From Vermamoeba vermiformis (Eukaryota), in assembly GCA_045837725.1 (NCBI GenBank), contig JBEWZL010000022.1:1-64000 (forward strand): a stretch of DNA of 64,000 bases, written 5' to 3'. Below, piece after piece: positions 1 to 11,859 of the stretch. Within the stretch, counting starts at the first letter, position 1. Each line of letters opens with the position of its first letter. A program made the position numbers and the translations under genes. The notes below the pieces were generated by a model. That model saw nothing but the letters and a program-made list of their open reading frames with translations. It did no database searches and was not told the DNA's origin.

Positions 1-25
1 CGGGGTAGAAGTCTGCAATCGGAGG

Positions 26-382
26 TCAGTTATATTGCCACCAATTACTTTCCAAATGCTTACTTGAACGACCAACAGCGAATGACGTGGGTTGATTTCT
101 GTCATCAACGTCACTGAATCGGTTGTTGGGACCCACTGCCAACTGAGCGACGTAGGACTCGGCATTATTGTAGCCCAAGTGAACGATTAGACCATTGCCT
201 GTTTGTTCGATGCACTCGAGGATCGGGGTGACATTCGGAACAGGTGCTTGACACGTGCAATTGACAGTTTGAGGAAATGAGAAGATTGGATCTGTTGAGG
301 CAACTCCGTCGAGTCTGACTCGAATATATGCAAAGACTTCAATTCTGTCAAAAGTGTGGCTCGATCCTTGATGCAGTTCCAT
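26..382 (-). pseudogene. Partial paralogous copy of an exon of the secreted surface protein at 7378-10011 (gene fragment, or a gene continuing off the window edge)
   Basis: Translation DGVASTDPIFS.P.TVNCTCQAPVPN..PILECIEQT.NGL.VHLGYNNAESYVAQ.AVGPNNRFSDVDDRNQPTSFAVGRS is nearly identical to ORF 8078..8674; similarity stops near 330. Confidence 0.55.
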
Positions 383-492
383 TTGTCGGCGTCAATAGCA
401 CTCTAATAATCTTATGTGGGTTAATTAATTCATTTAAATTCAATTCTGCTGTATTTTTGCGCAGAAATCTTGTTGAATCGGTGGAATTCCTT

Positions 493-1090
493 TTAATCTC
501 GAGATCCGTCAGGTTGCAAATTTTTTAAGGTGCATTGAAGAGCCTTGCCTTCATCATGTTTGTTATCAAATCCGTATATAGCTAAAGTTTGTATATTGAT
601 CAACACTTCGTATTTAATTGGTGCTCGGCTGCTGATCTGCTGATCTGTCAGCGCCGTTAAGTTTGACAGGCCATTGAATACAGAACCCCGTTTTGTGATG
701 TATTTGCATTCTTCAAGTGATATCGATGTGATATTTGATATTTTTGTAAGTTTTCGAGTTAGTTTGGACAATGAAAGTTCCGCGGATGTGATAGATTCTG
801 GAACCGGATTGCGATTAATTCTTTAATTTAGGTAAGAATTTTGCTAAATTCGTCTAGCTGACTATCTTTAATTCGTCTTACTCGTACTGGTAAATTGCTT
901 CGGAGAAAATTTAGCGAATAAAAATAAATATTAATTCGTCTGAAATTGGCTCGATCTGCTCCACATAGAAATGCTGTAATTGCATAAATTATTTCATTTG
1001 GCAATTTTTCCTATGAGTATTTAGTTAATAAGAGTATTGAAGATTTAAATCCGCAGCTCGATCAACGTCTCCCGATCTTTTGCTTACCAT
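493..1090 (-). pseudogene. Truncated F-box/LRR pseudogene, tandem paralog of 1183-2902
   Basis: M|EKLPNEIIYAITAFLCGADRANFRRIN...VRRIKDSQLDEFSKILT* parallels the neighbour's N-terminus but has a premature stop; ORF 493..771 (NITSISLEECKY...FNGLSNL) continues the similarity and then ends. Confidence 0.65.
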
Positions 1091-1182
1091 GACTTGTTTG
1101 GAGCATTTCAAGTCTTGCAACTTATTGAACGTGCACGAAGCTTTAAAGTAAATGAAACTTTAGTAAAAATATTACATTAAAG

Positions 1183-2902
1183 TTAAAGCGCGTCCGACCA
1201 AGGTTCCAGCATTGAATTTCCTCTTAACTCCATACTGCTATAATTAATTTTTGCAACGCAGAATGGCAACTTATCGAGCACATAGTTGGTTAGCGCGATG
1301 GATTTGTTTCTGAACTGATCTTCGGGCAAATAGGCTTCGAATACTTGCAAACTCGTTAAACACGTCAAAGCAAAGCCAGGTGCCACCAATTCTACGCAGA
1401 ATAATTTCGTCAAGTTCCTTAGCGTTGATAAAGTGTGGATCTGGTCGTCGGATTTGATGCGATGAACGTACAGCTCTTCAAGATCCGTAAGTTGCGCCAA
1501 TTTGTTATATTGCCAGTTTTCCGTTGGTTCGTTCAATAACATGAACTTCGTTAATCTGTTCAACTTTGTAAGCTCTTCAGTGCCGTATGAAGGCAAGCTA
1601 ATCGCAAGATTTTCCAATTTTGTAAGTTTGACCAAATCTGCAAAGTTCTGTAGATTCACGAACACGTGGCATGTTTCCAAATTAGGCAATTGCGTGAGCG
1701 GTAAGCTGACCGCGCTGGATCCTTGAGCGTACAATGCTGTCAAAGTGCTTGGGAAGTTGTAATTGTTGTGCGATGGATACAATTCCAATGAACCGAGTCT
1801 CGTGAACCGTTTGTAATCAGAAACAGCGTTTTTCTTGTAAATTCTGCTCGTAATTCCTATCGCCGTGGCACCATCCGGAAGAAGATCCACGTAATCCTCA
1901 TAAGGGACCGTAATATCGACAACTTCGAAGTTCTGAAAATCAGACTTTGCAAAAATTTGATCTGGTACATCTTTTTGATTTGGTTTCTCCTTAATTAGGC
2001 ATTTTAATCTTCGCAATCTGGGGTTGCTGTCGACCAATCTTTTTAACGTCGTCAAAGAATCTGTTTCGAATTCCAACGATTCCAAAGTAGTCACTGAGAC
2101 TTCCATATTAGGTAATTTGGCTTGATAATAGGGAAATATTTGCAAAGTCTTCAGCGCGGTTAATTTACTCTGTTGATGTGTCATAGAATCCCATTGGTCA
2201 ACATTGACGGATAATCTAGTTATTAAATAGGGCCTGTCCAAGCTATTCAAGTCTATTTTGATCGAACTATGACGAAAAGTAACATTGTTTTCACGAACAA
2301 CTTCGAGATCTTCCAGATTCGGCAAAGAAATAAAGCTGTTGGTATTGTTGACTTCATTTTCCACGTCATATCCACGTATTGATAATTTTTTTATACTCGT
2401 GAGCGCTTCCAATTGTTGAATGGCAGGATATCTGCTGTTAATCTGGAGATTCGTTACCGAGATGAGGTTTGACAAGCCATTCCACGCTGCAACTCCATTG
2501 ACGTGATAATTACACTCTTTAAAAGACAAGGAGACTATATTGGTAAGTCTTGTAAGCTTGCTAATGAGTTGAGCGAACGGAAGTTGCGGATGGACCAAAT
2601 TATTGAATTGCACGTTAAGCTCTCCTCCAATAAGTTGTACAATTTTGCAAAAATCATCCAATTGATTACTCTTCAATCGTCTTACTACCAGTCTCGACCG
2701 TGCGCGCAGTGAGTAGAAAAAAGTATTTAACTGCCGAACACTGCGTCGATCTGTTCCTTTCAAAAACGATACAATATCGTATAATATTTCGATGGGCAAA
2801 TTTTCCTAAATATTAGGCAGGTTAACAAGGCTAATAATAAAAAAGGAATCCGCGTAGAATTCTTGTTTGCTCACGTACCATTTGGAGTAAATCCTCATCC
2901 AT
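1183..2902 (-). CDS. F-box/leucine-rich repeat protein (2 exons)
   Basis: Short first exon MDEDLLQM followed by a GTACGT donor; second exon starts with F-box-like LPIEILYDIVSFL and has many LxxLxxL repeats. Confidence 0.8.
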
Positions 2903-3257
2903 ATGAAGAAAGAAATTTTGTTCAACGATTTCACTGAAGTCTCGTTTGTGGTCGCTAACTGGAAAACAAACGAAAATTTTCCTCAATCCACGCGAACGAA
3001 GGGTTGTAATTGTGTAATACTCACATTTCATCGAAACTGTGGCTTAAATATAATAATAACAATTAATAAATTCGTTGCGCAACCTCTGGTTTTCCGGAGA
3101 TAAATCAAATCTGAAGATATCGCGGATCACCAACGATTTTATTTGATCAAGCTTCTTGAATATTAAATACAATTACCATCCTGATACTCGTTAAAAACCG
3201 GTTATTTACATTAAGTAACCAAGATCTCGATCCTTTACAAGCTCGATCCAAATCTAT

Positions 3258-4705
3258 CTACATCTGGTTCTTGCCATAGAAAACTCGTTGCAACTTGTCG
3301 TAACAGGCCAAAGTACCAGCACCAGCTACAGCGCGCAAGACATTAGCTCCAGCTCCTTTAAACAACGACTTGATTCCTTCTCGTTTTACTATTTCAGTGA
3401 ACGCGTGGATCGAGCTCTTGTATTTTTTGCTTTCCGCAGATATTATCATCCGTCTCCGTATAGTATCAATAGGATGAGAGGCTATACCAGCGATTATAGT
3501 AACAGGCCAAGCTAGGAAAAATGAACCAATGAACGAGTCTTTTGGCTTGAATGTGTCGAATAGACCGAAATACATGCCGCGGTACACTGCAATGCCAGCA
3601 CAACTGATGCCAAATCGGGAATAAAGCTTTAAGCCTATAATAAGATGAAGATAGCATTAGCATACCATTGTTTAATTTGGTATAAATCATACGATGAAAA
3701 CTTTTGTAGCGAGAAAGAAAATAAAATCTCGCTAAATACTAGGCGATATGTCCTTTTCGCCCGCGACAATTTTGATCAGCGTTGCAAAAATTCATTGATC
3801 TAAGGAGCACAGGTGTGACACTTCGATACTTTTTGAATACAATACAATTTTTCGCTTACCTTCTTTCTTGAAAACGTCGAGCAAATTGGTGTATGTTGGA
3901 GGTGTTTTTCCTCGTTCAGCAACGGCTAGCAGCGTACGCGCGTAGTCAATTGGGTACATGATCGATATCGTTGAAACGCCTGCGGTAGCGCCAGCAGCGA
4001 TGTTTCCTATTAAAATTCTTTAATAAGATCAAGTAGTTAAAGTTTAAGGCAAAAATTGCAAAATTATTGTACGTGTCACCAATTTATCACAGATATTTTT
4101 TCTGCGTGTCAAATTTTTTCACGGATCCAAAAATAAATCAACAAATTTTGCAGCAGTTCTGTTGATTGACAATATATTCCGTACCGGTAAACCATTTCAA
4201 GCATCCATCCTTGTCTTTAGCGTAGTTGAGAGTGTTTCGTTTGAACAGATCTTTGACCCCAAAGCACAGCGCTTGCGATGGAGCATAACGCGCTACAATC
4301 GATAAATTCCCTCTCCATACTGATGCTACGCCTTCTTCTTTGATCGTCGTTATGAACCAGTCAGTTAAACCTTTGTACGGCCCTATCGATTATAAAAATT
4401 GTTTAGAATAAAATGTGTAAAATCAAATTATTATTGAAATAATAATAAGCAATATTGCATCAAGAATTAATTGGCGTGTATATCCCGGGATTAAAATTAG
4501 AGCTGATCCACGAAAAAAATAAGAATTATCCATTCGTCGCATTTGAGCATTCAAATGGACCCTTACTATCCGCAATAGTAATTCTTAATTTAAAAACTTC
4601 TACAGGTGTTGCAGCAGATTTGGAGACCGCAGCCGAAACGCCACCCAAAAAGCAGTCGATCAGGAAAGCTGAAACGCCTTCTTTTTGATTCTTCTTATCG
4701 GTCAT
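3258..4705 (-). CDS. Divergent mitochondrial ADP/ATP carrier (SLC25 family), multi-exon
   Basis: Exons translate to [73 protein letters not shown] and [18 protein letters not shown], all AAC-like; three PxD/ExxK/R carrier signatures. Confidence 0.88.
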
Positions 4706-4832
4706 TGTTGTTTTAAATATGAAATAGTAAATAATGAGACCGCATCGCGTTGCCCTTTACTTGTGGAGTTATGAACTCACCTGTGAACCTTAATGTTTAA
4801 CAATTGCACAAAAAATCTTGGGAAATGGCAAC

Positions 4833-4890
4833 GCCATTTTAGTGTTTGTATTAAGCACAATCACGCCATTAATACAAACACTAAAATGGC
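4833..4890. repeat. Perfect 22-bp inverted repeat with 14-nt spacer
   Basis: GCCATTTTAGTGTTTGTATTAA (4833-4854) and TTAATACAAACACTAAAATGGC (4869-4890). Confidence 0.9.
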
Positions 4891-4955
4891 AACATATTAG
4901 AGAATAACCTATTTGATCGTCTTTTTTTTGCGATCCAAAATGGTGAAACCGCGTT

Positions 4956-7322
4956 TGTCCGCGGGAAAATTTACCGGGAAATTTCATTACGATCAAAAAA
5001 TTGGCCACGAACTACAATTAAACAAATCAATAGTGTCTTTATTATTACTATGACGTACCATAGTATACATAAAAACAATTGGACCTTGTATCGCCACTCC
5101 TGTAATAAAATAAAATTAAAAATTTATCCGTTAAAAATTGCCGAGACAATATTTTGCATTTGAGAATGTCTCTAACAAGAAAGTACACTCACGTACATAC
5201 GGACCATATTCGATTGGTCCTCAAGACAAAGGCTGGTGCTCAAGTGAAGTGGCCTGATGAAGTTAAAGGGCCAGAAAATGAAGGGCATCGGCGGCAGATT
5301 AGAAACGCTGCTAAAAATCACCTAATTAGAGATGGGAAACTACTACATAAAATAACTTTCACTAAGACAATCACTGCACGAAGCATTGATGGTAAAATCG
5401 AAAATTTGTACCAGATCGAGACTAAAAATAACTACTTACCAGATGAAGGGTGGAGGGAAGTTCCTCATGAGTCCAAGCGGCAGGCTATCCTCGAAAAGGT
5501 CCATAATAACGGTGGTGGGTGTCATCTAGGTAAGTTCAAAGTTAGTAGGTAATAACGGCTAATTTTGTTAAAAAAGCGCGGGATCCAATGATTTACGAAC
5601 TACAAGCCAAATACTATTGGGTTGGACTTACTAATGATGTCAATGCATTCATTGACAAGTGCGAACATTGTGCCACGATGAAGATACGTACTGGAATTCC
5701 AAAGCCACCAACTAAGCCAATAACTGCTGATCGGATCTTGGAACGGATTCAAATCGACTTCACTAGCTTCGAATATGCAGACCCCATCACAGGCGACCGC
5801 CATATGCTCACTATCATTGATTGTTTCTCGAAATTTGCCTGGGCCAAGTGCTTTCCGACTCAAGAGGTGGAGCCGATCGCGCGTTACATCTTCGAACTCT
5901 TCTTGAATGAGCTTCAGTTCCCTGAAATACTACAGTCAGATAATGGCAAATCATTTTTGGCTAAAATAATGAAGGACTTACTTGCACTGTTTGGAACGAA
6001 GCAAAAAAATTCAAGACCGCGCCATCCAAAGACGAATGGCCAAATTGAGCGATTCAATGGGACCCTGAAGCGAAAAATTAGAGAACACCTCAAAAAAGAA
6101 CCAAAGGCACCTTGGGCTCATCTGGTGCCAATTGTGATTGCTGAATATAACAACACTTACCACAGCACCATTGGTCGCAAGCCTGTTGAAGTCTTTCGCC
6201 CGTGCAACATCAATAGCAATGTTGAAGGTATTGTATTCGAACCTATGTCACCATCAATTAGCTCCACAGAAATTTTACTGACCAGATCGTACCTTAGCGG
6301 ATCTCGAAGCACAGAAAGCCTTCGCTGAGAAGCTGTTTGCCCAAACTCGAGAGAGAAATAAGAAAAAGGCCAACGCAACGATTAGACGCCACGAGGCCAA
6401 GTACAAGCTACGTGTGTATGTACCTGGTGAGATCGTGTTAGTGGATGTGGGTAAAAAGACAAAAGTGAAGCAGAAGAGAGACATGGTCAAGGCAATCGTT
6501 GTCGAAGCACTTACCAATAACTACTACACAATCGAGTTTGCTGCTGGGCCAAAGATAGGCGAACAGGAGGACATTAACGGAGATCTGGTCGAACCTCTGC
6601 AGAAAAAAACCCAAGTGATGAGCGACCAAGTGCCAGAGAGAAAAGAGCAGAAGAAGAAGGGTCGAAACGGGAAAAAAATCAACAAGGAGGTCGTTGTTGT
6701 GTCGCCAAAGCCGAAATCTGTGCCTGATCAGCAGCATCCTGAAAAAAAACGGTCAGAGTCGCACTGGTTCAAACAAACTGAAAAAATACTTACCATGGAG
6801 CGAGGCAATCGTGGGGCGCGAGCTAAAATATACACTAAACATCAGGGTTAATGAAGGCGGCAATTGACTAAATTGAATATTCAAATCTGAATTTAAAATA
6901 ATATTTCAGGAATTTAATATCGTGCATTTGCCACACGTATGTACTTACATAGCAAATAAATACTAATAAATAATATTCAAATTTTTCTACGGAAGATCTT
7001 GGTTTGTGTCCTAAATCCATGCTTCGCTCAACAGTACGGCAAGGAGATAACAAAATAACATTGCCTTATTTTGTATTAGGCAATGCAATGGCCGTGATGT
7101 GGTCGTCATCGTTAAATAAAGCTATTGAATAAACCGTAATTTTTTAGCGGATGTGTTTATCAACTTTATTTCTTACCCTGGTAGATTTGGTTACGATCAA
7201 CCTTGCGCAACGAACAACCCTTTAGTATACTCATTATCAACCAAAGAACAAGCTTAGCAGAGGTAGTTCAGGTACAAATTTTTTATATTTTTTAAATGTC
7301 CCGGTAATTTTTAGCGCGGACA
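4956..7322 (+). mobile_element. Ginger/TDD-like DNA transposon with retroviral-type integrase
   Basis: TGT...ACA termini; 29-bp imperfect TIRs (TGTCCGCGGGAAAATTTACCGGGAAATTT vs reverse complement TGTCCGCGCTAAAAATTACCGGGACATTT, 4 mismatches); CGCGTT directly flanks both ends (4950-4955, 7323-7328); encodes an integrase only. Confidence 0.88.
5166..6851 (+). CDS. Integrase/transposase (H2C2 zinc finger + rve DDE core + basic tail); exons ~5166-5529, 5577-6227, 6286-6851
   Basis: HNNGGGCHLA|RDPM...YYW...CEHC zinc finger; IQIDF, LTIIDCFSKFAW, LQSDNGKSF, HPKTNGQIERFNGTLK, YNNTYHSTIGRKP; two GT-AG introns restore one frame through YVPGEIVLV. Confidence 0.88.
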
Positions 7323-7377
7323 CGCGTTTACTTCAATTGTAAATTTTCTTGGGAGATTTCGTTGGGATATTTGTTCA

Positions 7378-10011
7378 TTACATTGCTGATAAGAGCAACA
7401 AAACAATTTGCAATGCAAATACGACGTTAGGAAGACAAACGATACTTGATGAAGTGACAGCAGATTGAGGCGTACTAGATCTGGTAGGAGTGGCGCTACT
7501 GGAAGGCGTTGACTGCGGTACCGTTGACTGGCCTTGTTGCTCAGTGCCACTCGGCACAGTGCTCACTGATTGCACTGTTCGGTCATTGTTGTTATTACCA
7601 GCGTTGACGAGCTGGTTCAATGTTTGCGGTGATTGATCAAGGAGGCCTACAATCGTTCGGACTGATTCAGCGGCACTAAGTTCATTAGAATTTTCACTGA
7701 AAGTGATCAAAAATGTAATCTGAACCAGACTTGGTGCTCTCTTCTTGGTGACAGGTGTCAAAGTGACATTTACGACATTGACTCTGTTTGACGTGATGTT
7801 CAACAGGTCAACAAAGTTCAAGCGAATAGTCTCGATATCATCTGACGTGACATTGGTGCTGGACGTAAAGCTGAGCACGAATGACACGTTCTGAGGGCAC
7901 ATCAAGCTCGTGTCCGAAGTGTCAAAGTTGAGTGCGTACGTGCTCAAAAACCACGTTGCATTTCCTTCGTAAGCGAAAGAAAAGGCTGAAGCTGGATAGA
8001 AGCCTATAAACTCGTTGTTAGAAGATTAATTAATGACGGAATTTCGAGGAAATGAATTTTGATTTGCAGATCTGGATCTACGTACTCGATCTTCCAACGG
8101 CGAATGAAGTCGGTTGATTTCGGTCATCAACATCGCTGAATCTGTTATTAGGACCCACTGCAATCTGCGCTACGTATGATTCAGCGTTATTGTATCCCAA
8201 GTGAACCACGAGACCGTTGCTCGTTTGTTCGATGCATTCGAGGATCGGAACAATGTTTGGAACGGGAGCTTGGCAGGTGCAATTGACTGTTTTGGGCATT
8301 GAGAAGATCGGATCAGTTGACGCGACTCCATCGTATCTCAAACGGACTCTATAACAGTCATCAGATATAATTATCTCAGTATTAATTTTAACTGAAACTT
8401 GCCTCATTGACGTGCCATCACAGACCGCGGTCAATTTTACGTTTTGAGCGCCTTCACTAGGTGTCAATTGAACGTGATCATCTTCAAAGAGACCAGTTCT
8501 CGGGTTTTGAACTTGCACGGTGTACTTCGAAGTCCAGCTGTACGAGGTGAATTGAACTGAGGCTTGGCAATTGCTTGAAATAGAAACGGTAGGCGCATCT
8601 AAAAATAGCGTATTAGACACATCCAAAATTGGCTGTGAAAAATTATCGTTGACACGTGTCACTAATTTTTTCACGTGTCATTCGAAACTTCGGGCTATAA
8701 ATAATTGCAAAGCTTGTATAAGGAGAATATTATTATAATTCTATCACGGTGATTTGCGGTTGACACGTCAAATTTGTCAAGCGGATCTTTCCCATTAACG
8801 CTACAAACGTGGTCGAATAAGTTGCACTGGTGAAGTTCTGAACATTAACAAGAGGTGGAGTATATGTGTACAATCTTTGAAGGCTGCCTACGATGTACAT
8901 TTGACCCCAAGGCGCCGTCCAGTAATCGTAGATCTACGTGTATTAGCATTAATAAAGAAACAATAAATAAGAATTTACGCGAGATAACATACTGTTTGCT
9001 GGTTCGGATAAATAAAATAGATAATATCCTCTAAATAAGCCCCGTTTTGTCGAGTAATAGAGTAAGGCTCGACTTGGAAGCAAATGATCTGGCCACCAAT
9101 GCAAGTCTTGATCTTTCTCGCCGGAGTGACGGCATAGTCGAATTGAATGACGGTAGTTGCAGGCAGAACGACGTTATCATTTTCTATAATAAAGGAAGCC
9201 TTGTTAAAAACCAGATGCGACAACAAAAAAAATATAAAAACAACTGTTAGCCTCTTTATAGTATTACTACGACTATACCAATACTTACGATCCATATTAT
9301 ATACTTCTACGGTCACGTTGAGAGGTCTGGAGACTACAAGCGAAGATCCGTAGAAACCTAAAGAGAAGTAAGCGTAGGATGTCTGTTGCAACGCTAGTGC
9401 GGTCGTTCCGAGACGTAGATTGTATTTATAAATGCTTCCTAAATATATAAACATTAGATTTTTAACTGCAACGCGTTGCGGATCTTGATCTTACCGTTTT
9501 GAACGAAGAAAATGTGCTTTCCTGAAGGACTAGCCACAGCACTACGAATTCCGAAGGTGCCGACATTAATTTGACCACATTCATCTGAATAAAACGCAAG
9601 TATAAGTTAAAATTATCTTTAAAAATTAAGTTTTACATGTTTCCGGATCGAAATAATTCAATTTAGTTCCGAAACTCGACCAAATTTTGCCGTCGCCACC
9701 GAGAGTAGCATCAAGTGAAGTTGTATTGTATACTATTAATAATGCATTAGTTAGTTAACAATCAGCTCATCATTATCTTGCAGATCGGATCTTACTGCCT
9801 GGACAAGAGGGGTTTATCGATTGAACAAACGCTCCCAAATGATCGTATTGGTGAATAATGTTCCTATTTATACCAATGAAACTAACAGAATCTATTAACT
9901 AACGGTTAGAAATCCGATGCAATTTTTTTTTAGTTTTTTTTTACCTGGCGCTTGGCCACAGACCAAAAAAACTTGAAGGGCAATTAGAACGACTAATAGC
10001 GATACTTTCAT
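7378..10011 (-). CDS. Large secreted/cell-surface protein, multi-exon, with Ser/Thr/Pro stalk and hydrophobic C-terminus (GPI/TM anchor)
   Basis: Signal-peptide-like MKVSLLVVLIALQVFLVCGQAP at 10011; ORFs 8975..9454, 8078..8674 and 7378..7947 joined by GT-AG introns; C-terminus IVCLPNVVFALQIVLLLLSAM. Confidence 0.75.
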
Positions 10012-10229
10012 CGTCGTTGCGTTGTGTTAATATCGTTGGCTGAAAACAATGATAAAATCGCAACGTAAAAAATTTCTTTCCACTGTCGGTGACATTATGA
10101 CACTTGACATGTGACGGCAACTTTTTTAACTTTTATGGACATTAAAGAACCAAAAATCTTATAAACGATGCTACCACGATGCTCTAAAAGCATTAGCATA
10201 ATGCCATTATAAAATGGATTTGATATTCT

Positions 10230-10900
10230 TAAGTCGCCAGATCCAATTCTTCAGCGCTAAAAACCGGTTTGTCAAGCACGCGGTTATACGGAAAATGGTG
10301 AGGCAGCAAGCTCACCTGGATGGTCATCACTAGATATCGAACAAGTAGCACGGAATGTATTCAGGCACTAACGGCCTATTGAAAGCCTTTAAGTCAAGGC
10401 AATTTCGTCGAATATTTTCATCTGTTGTGTCGAGGACTAACAAATGTTTTCGAGAGACGCAACGAGCAAAGTCGCGCGGTCTAGGTCTAGTTGAAACTGG
10501 ACAATCTACAAAATTAATTTGACAGCTTTGGATTGCAAGAGATGAAATGAGGAATTTCGCGGTGTTATGGTTCGATAGCGAACTCAAGTAACTTTGCAAA
10601 TCTAACGAAATCGCGTTTGTCTTCGAGAACTTTCAATGTCTTCGGCGAAGAGCTCTCTTCAGGTGGTGGGAATGAAGGAATGGCTGATCGTTCGATCAAA
10701 CTCTTCGTGCGCATCAACTTCAATTTGCGCTGTTCAATCACTTATCCGAGGTAAAATAGGCACTGATTTTTTTCGAGCTTGGGGTAAATATCTGAGATCG
10801 TCGTTGATCTTTCGGTTGGCGGCGATCATTACAAGGCCTGGTAACAATGCGAGTCGAAAAGAATTAAATGATTTCCTTGCGTTTCGCACAAAATCTTGAC
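10230..10900 (-). pseudogene. Possible heavily degraded pogo/DDE_1-type transposase relic
   Basis: Stop- and frameshift-interrupted translation with LLPGLVMIA, ARKKSVPI...D*TAQI, KHLLVLD and EYIP..ATCS in the order expected for pogo-family motifs; weak resemblance only. Confidence 0.3.
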
Positions 10901-11859
10901 CGCTACACTAAGGTTATTAATATTAGTTATTTGAATCTACAGGTGTTCTTCTATTTAATTACAATACGTTTCAATCTCTTCATTTAAGAGCAAATTTGTT
11001 CGCACGAAGAACATTCAGACGGAGCAATAATGAAATAGCATTAGAACATGCATTGCGCCATGTTCATATTCAACAATCGAAAACGAACATGAGCGGACTG
11101 CTGGTTTTACGACTGGACTTCAAAGTCCACTTTGAACTCAACCGTACGTAATCCGGTTAACACGTCCAAATGCAATCCATTGCTGATAAAGCGATTATAT
11201 TGAATCGTAATCAGAGAATTTAGAATCGTGCAAAGAGAACCTAAAACGGCCGTCTAGAAAAGTAGCACGAGCTCAATGAGTTCATTCTCATTTAAATTGC
11301 TTGGTTTTGCTTAACTAATTAAGTCTTAGTCTTATAATTAGCGATTACTAAACAGTATCAGTAGGTCAAACAGCGATCTGGATCGAAGTTGACACGTGTC
11401 ATATTTCAACGGACTCAAAAGAGCACTAAAAAGGTTTGCTGAGGGCGTGTTCCAATATAATGTAGGAAATATGATAAGAAATGTCGAATTTGTGGGCAAA
11501 CAACTGTTGGTGCAAAGCACGTCAAGAAAATGACAGGCTGTTTCACAAAAAATGTGTCATTCTGCCTTTATTCCGATCACAAGGTCGAAAACGGATAAGA
11601 ATGATTAATATCTAAGGTACAAGCCCTTGTATTATAGTAAAGATTTAACCTAACGGATCCGTTGTTGGATGCAGATCGAGCACTGCAAAATTAATTTGTT
11701 TAAATTTCTAACCGACGTAAAAATTTCTGCGTACTCAAAAGTTGCGAAATACGTACGAACGGGGAGTATTAAAAATTGACTGCTGACTCTGAGATTTTTT
11801 CATTTAACAAGGGATGAAAACTATCAACAACAAGCAACGAATAATATCTTCAATTAAGC

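Noticed and set aside
5154-6851. LTR retrotransposon or Polinton as the source of the integrase
   Set aside because: No gag, protease, RT, polB or capsid genes and no LTRs; short TIRs and a TSD enclose the integrase alone.
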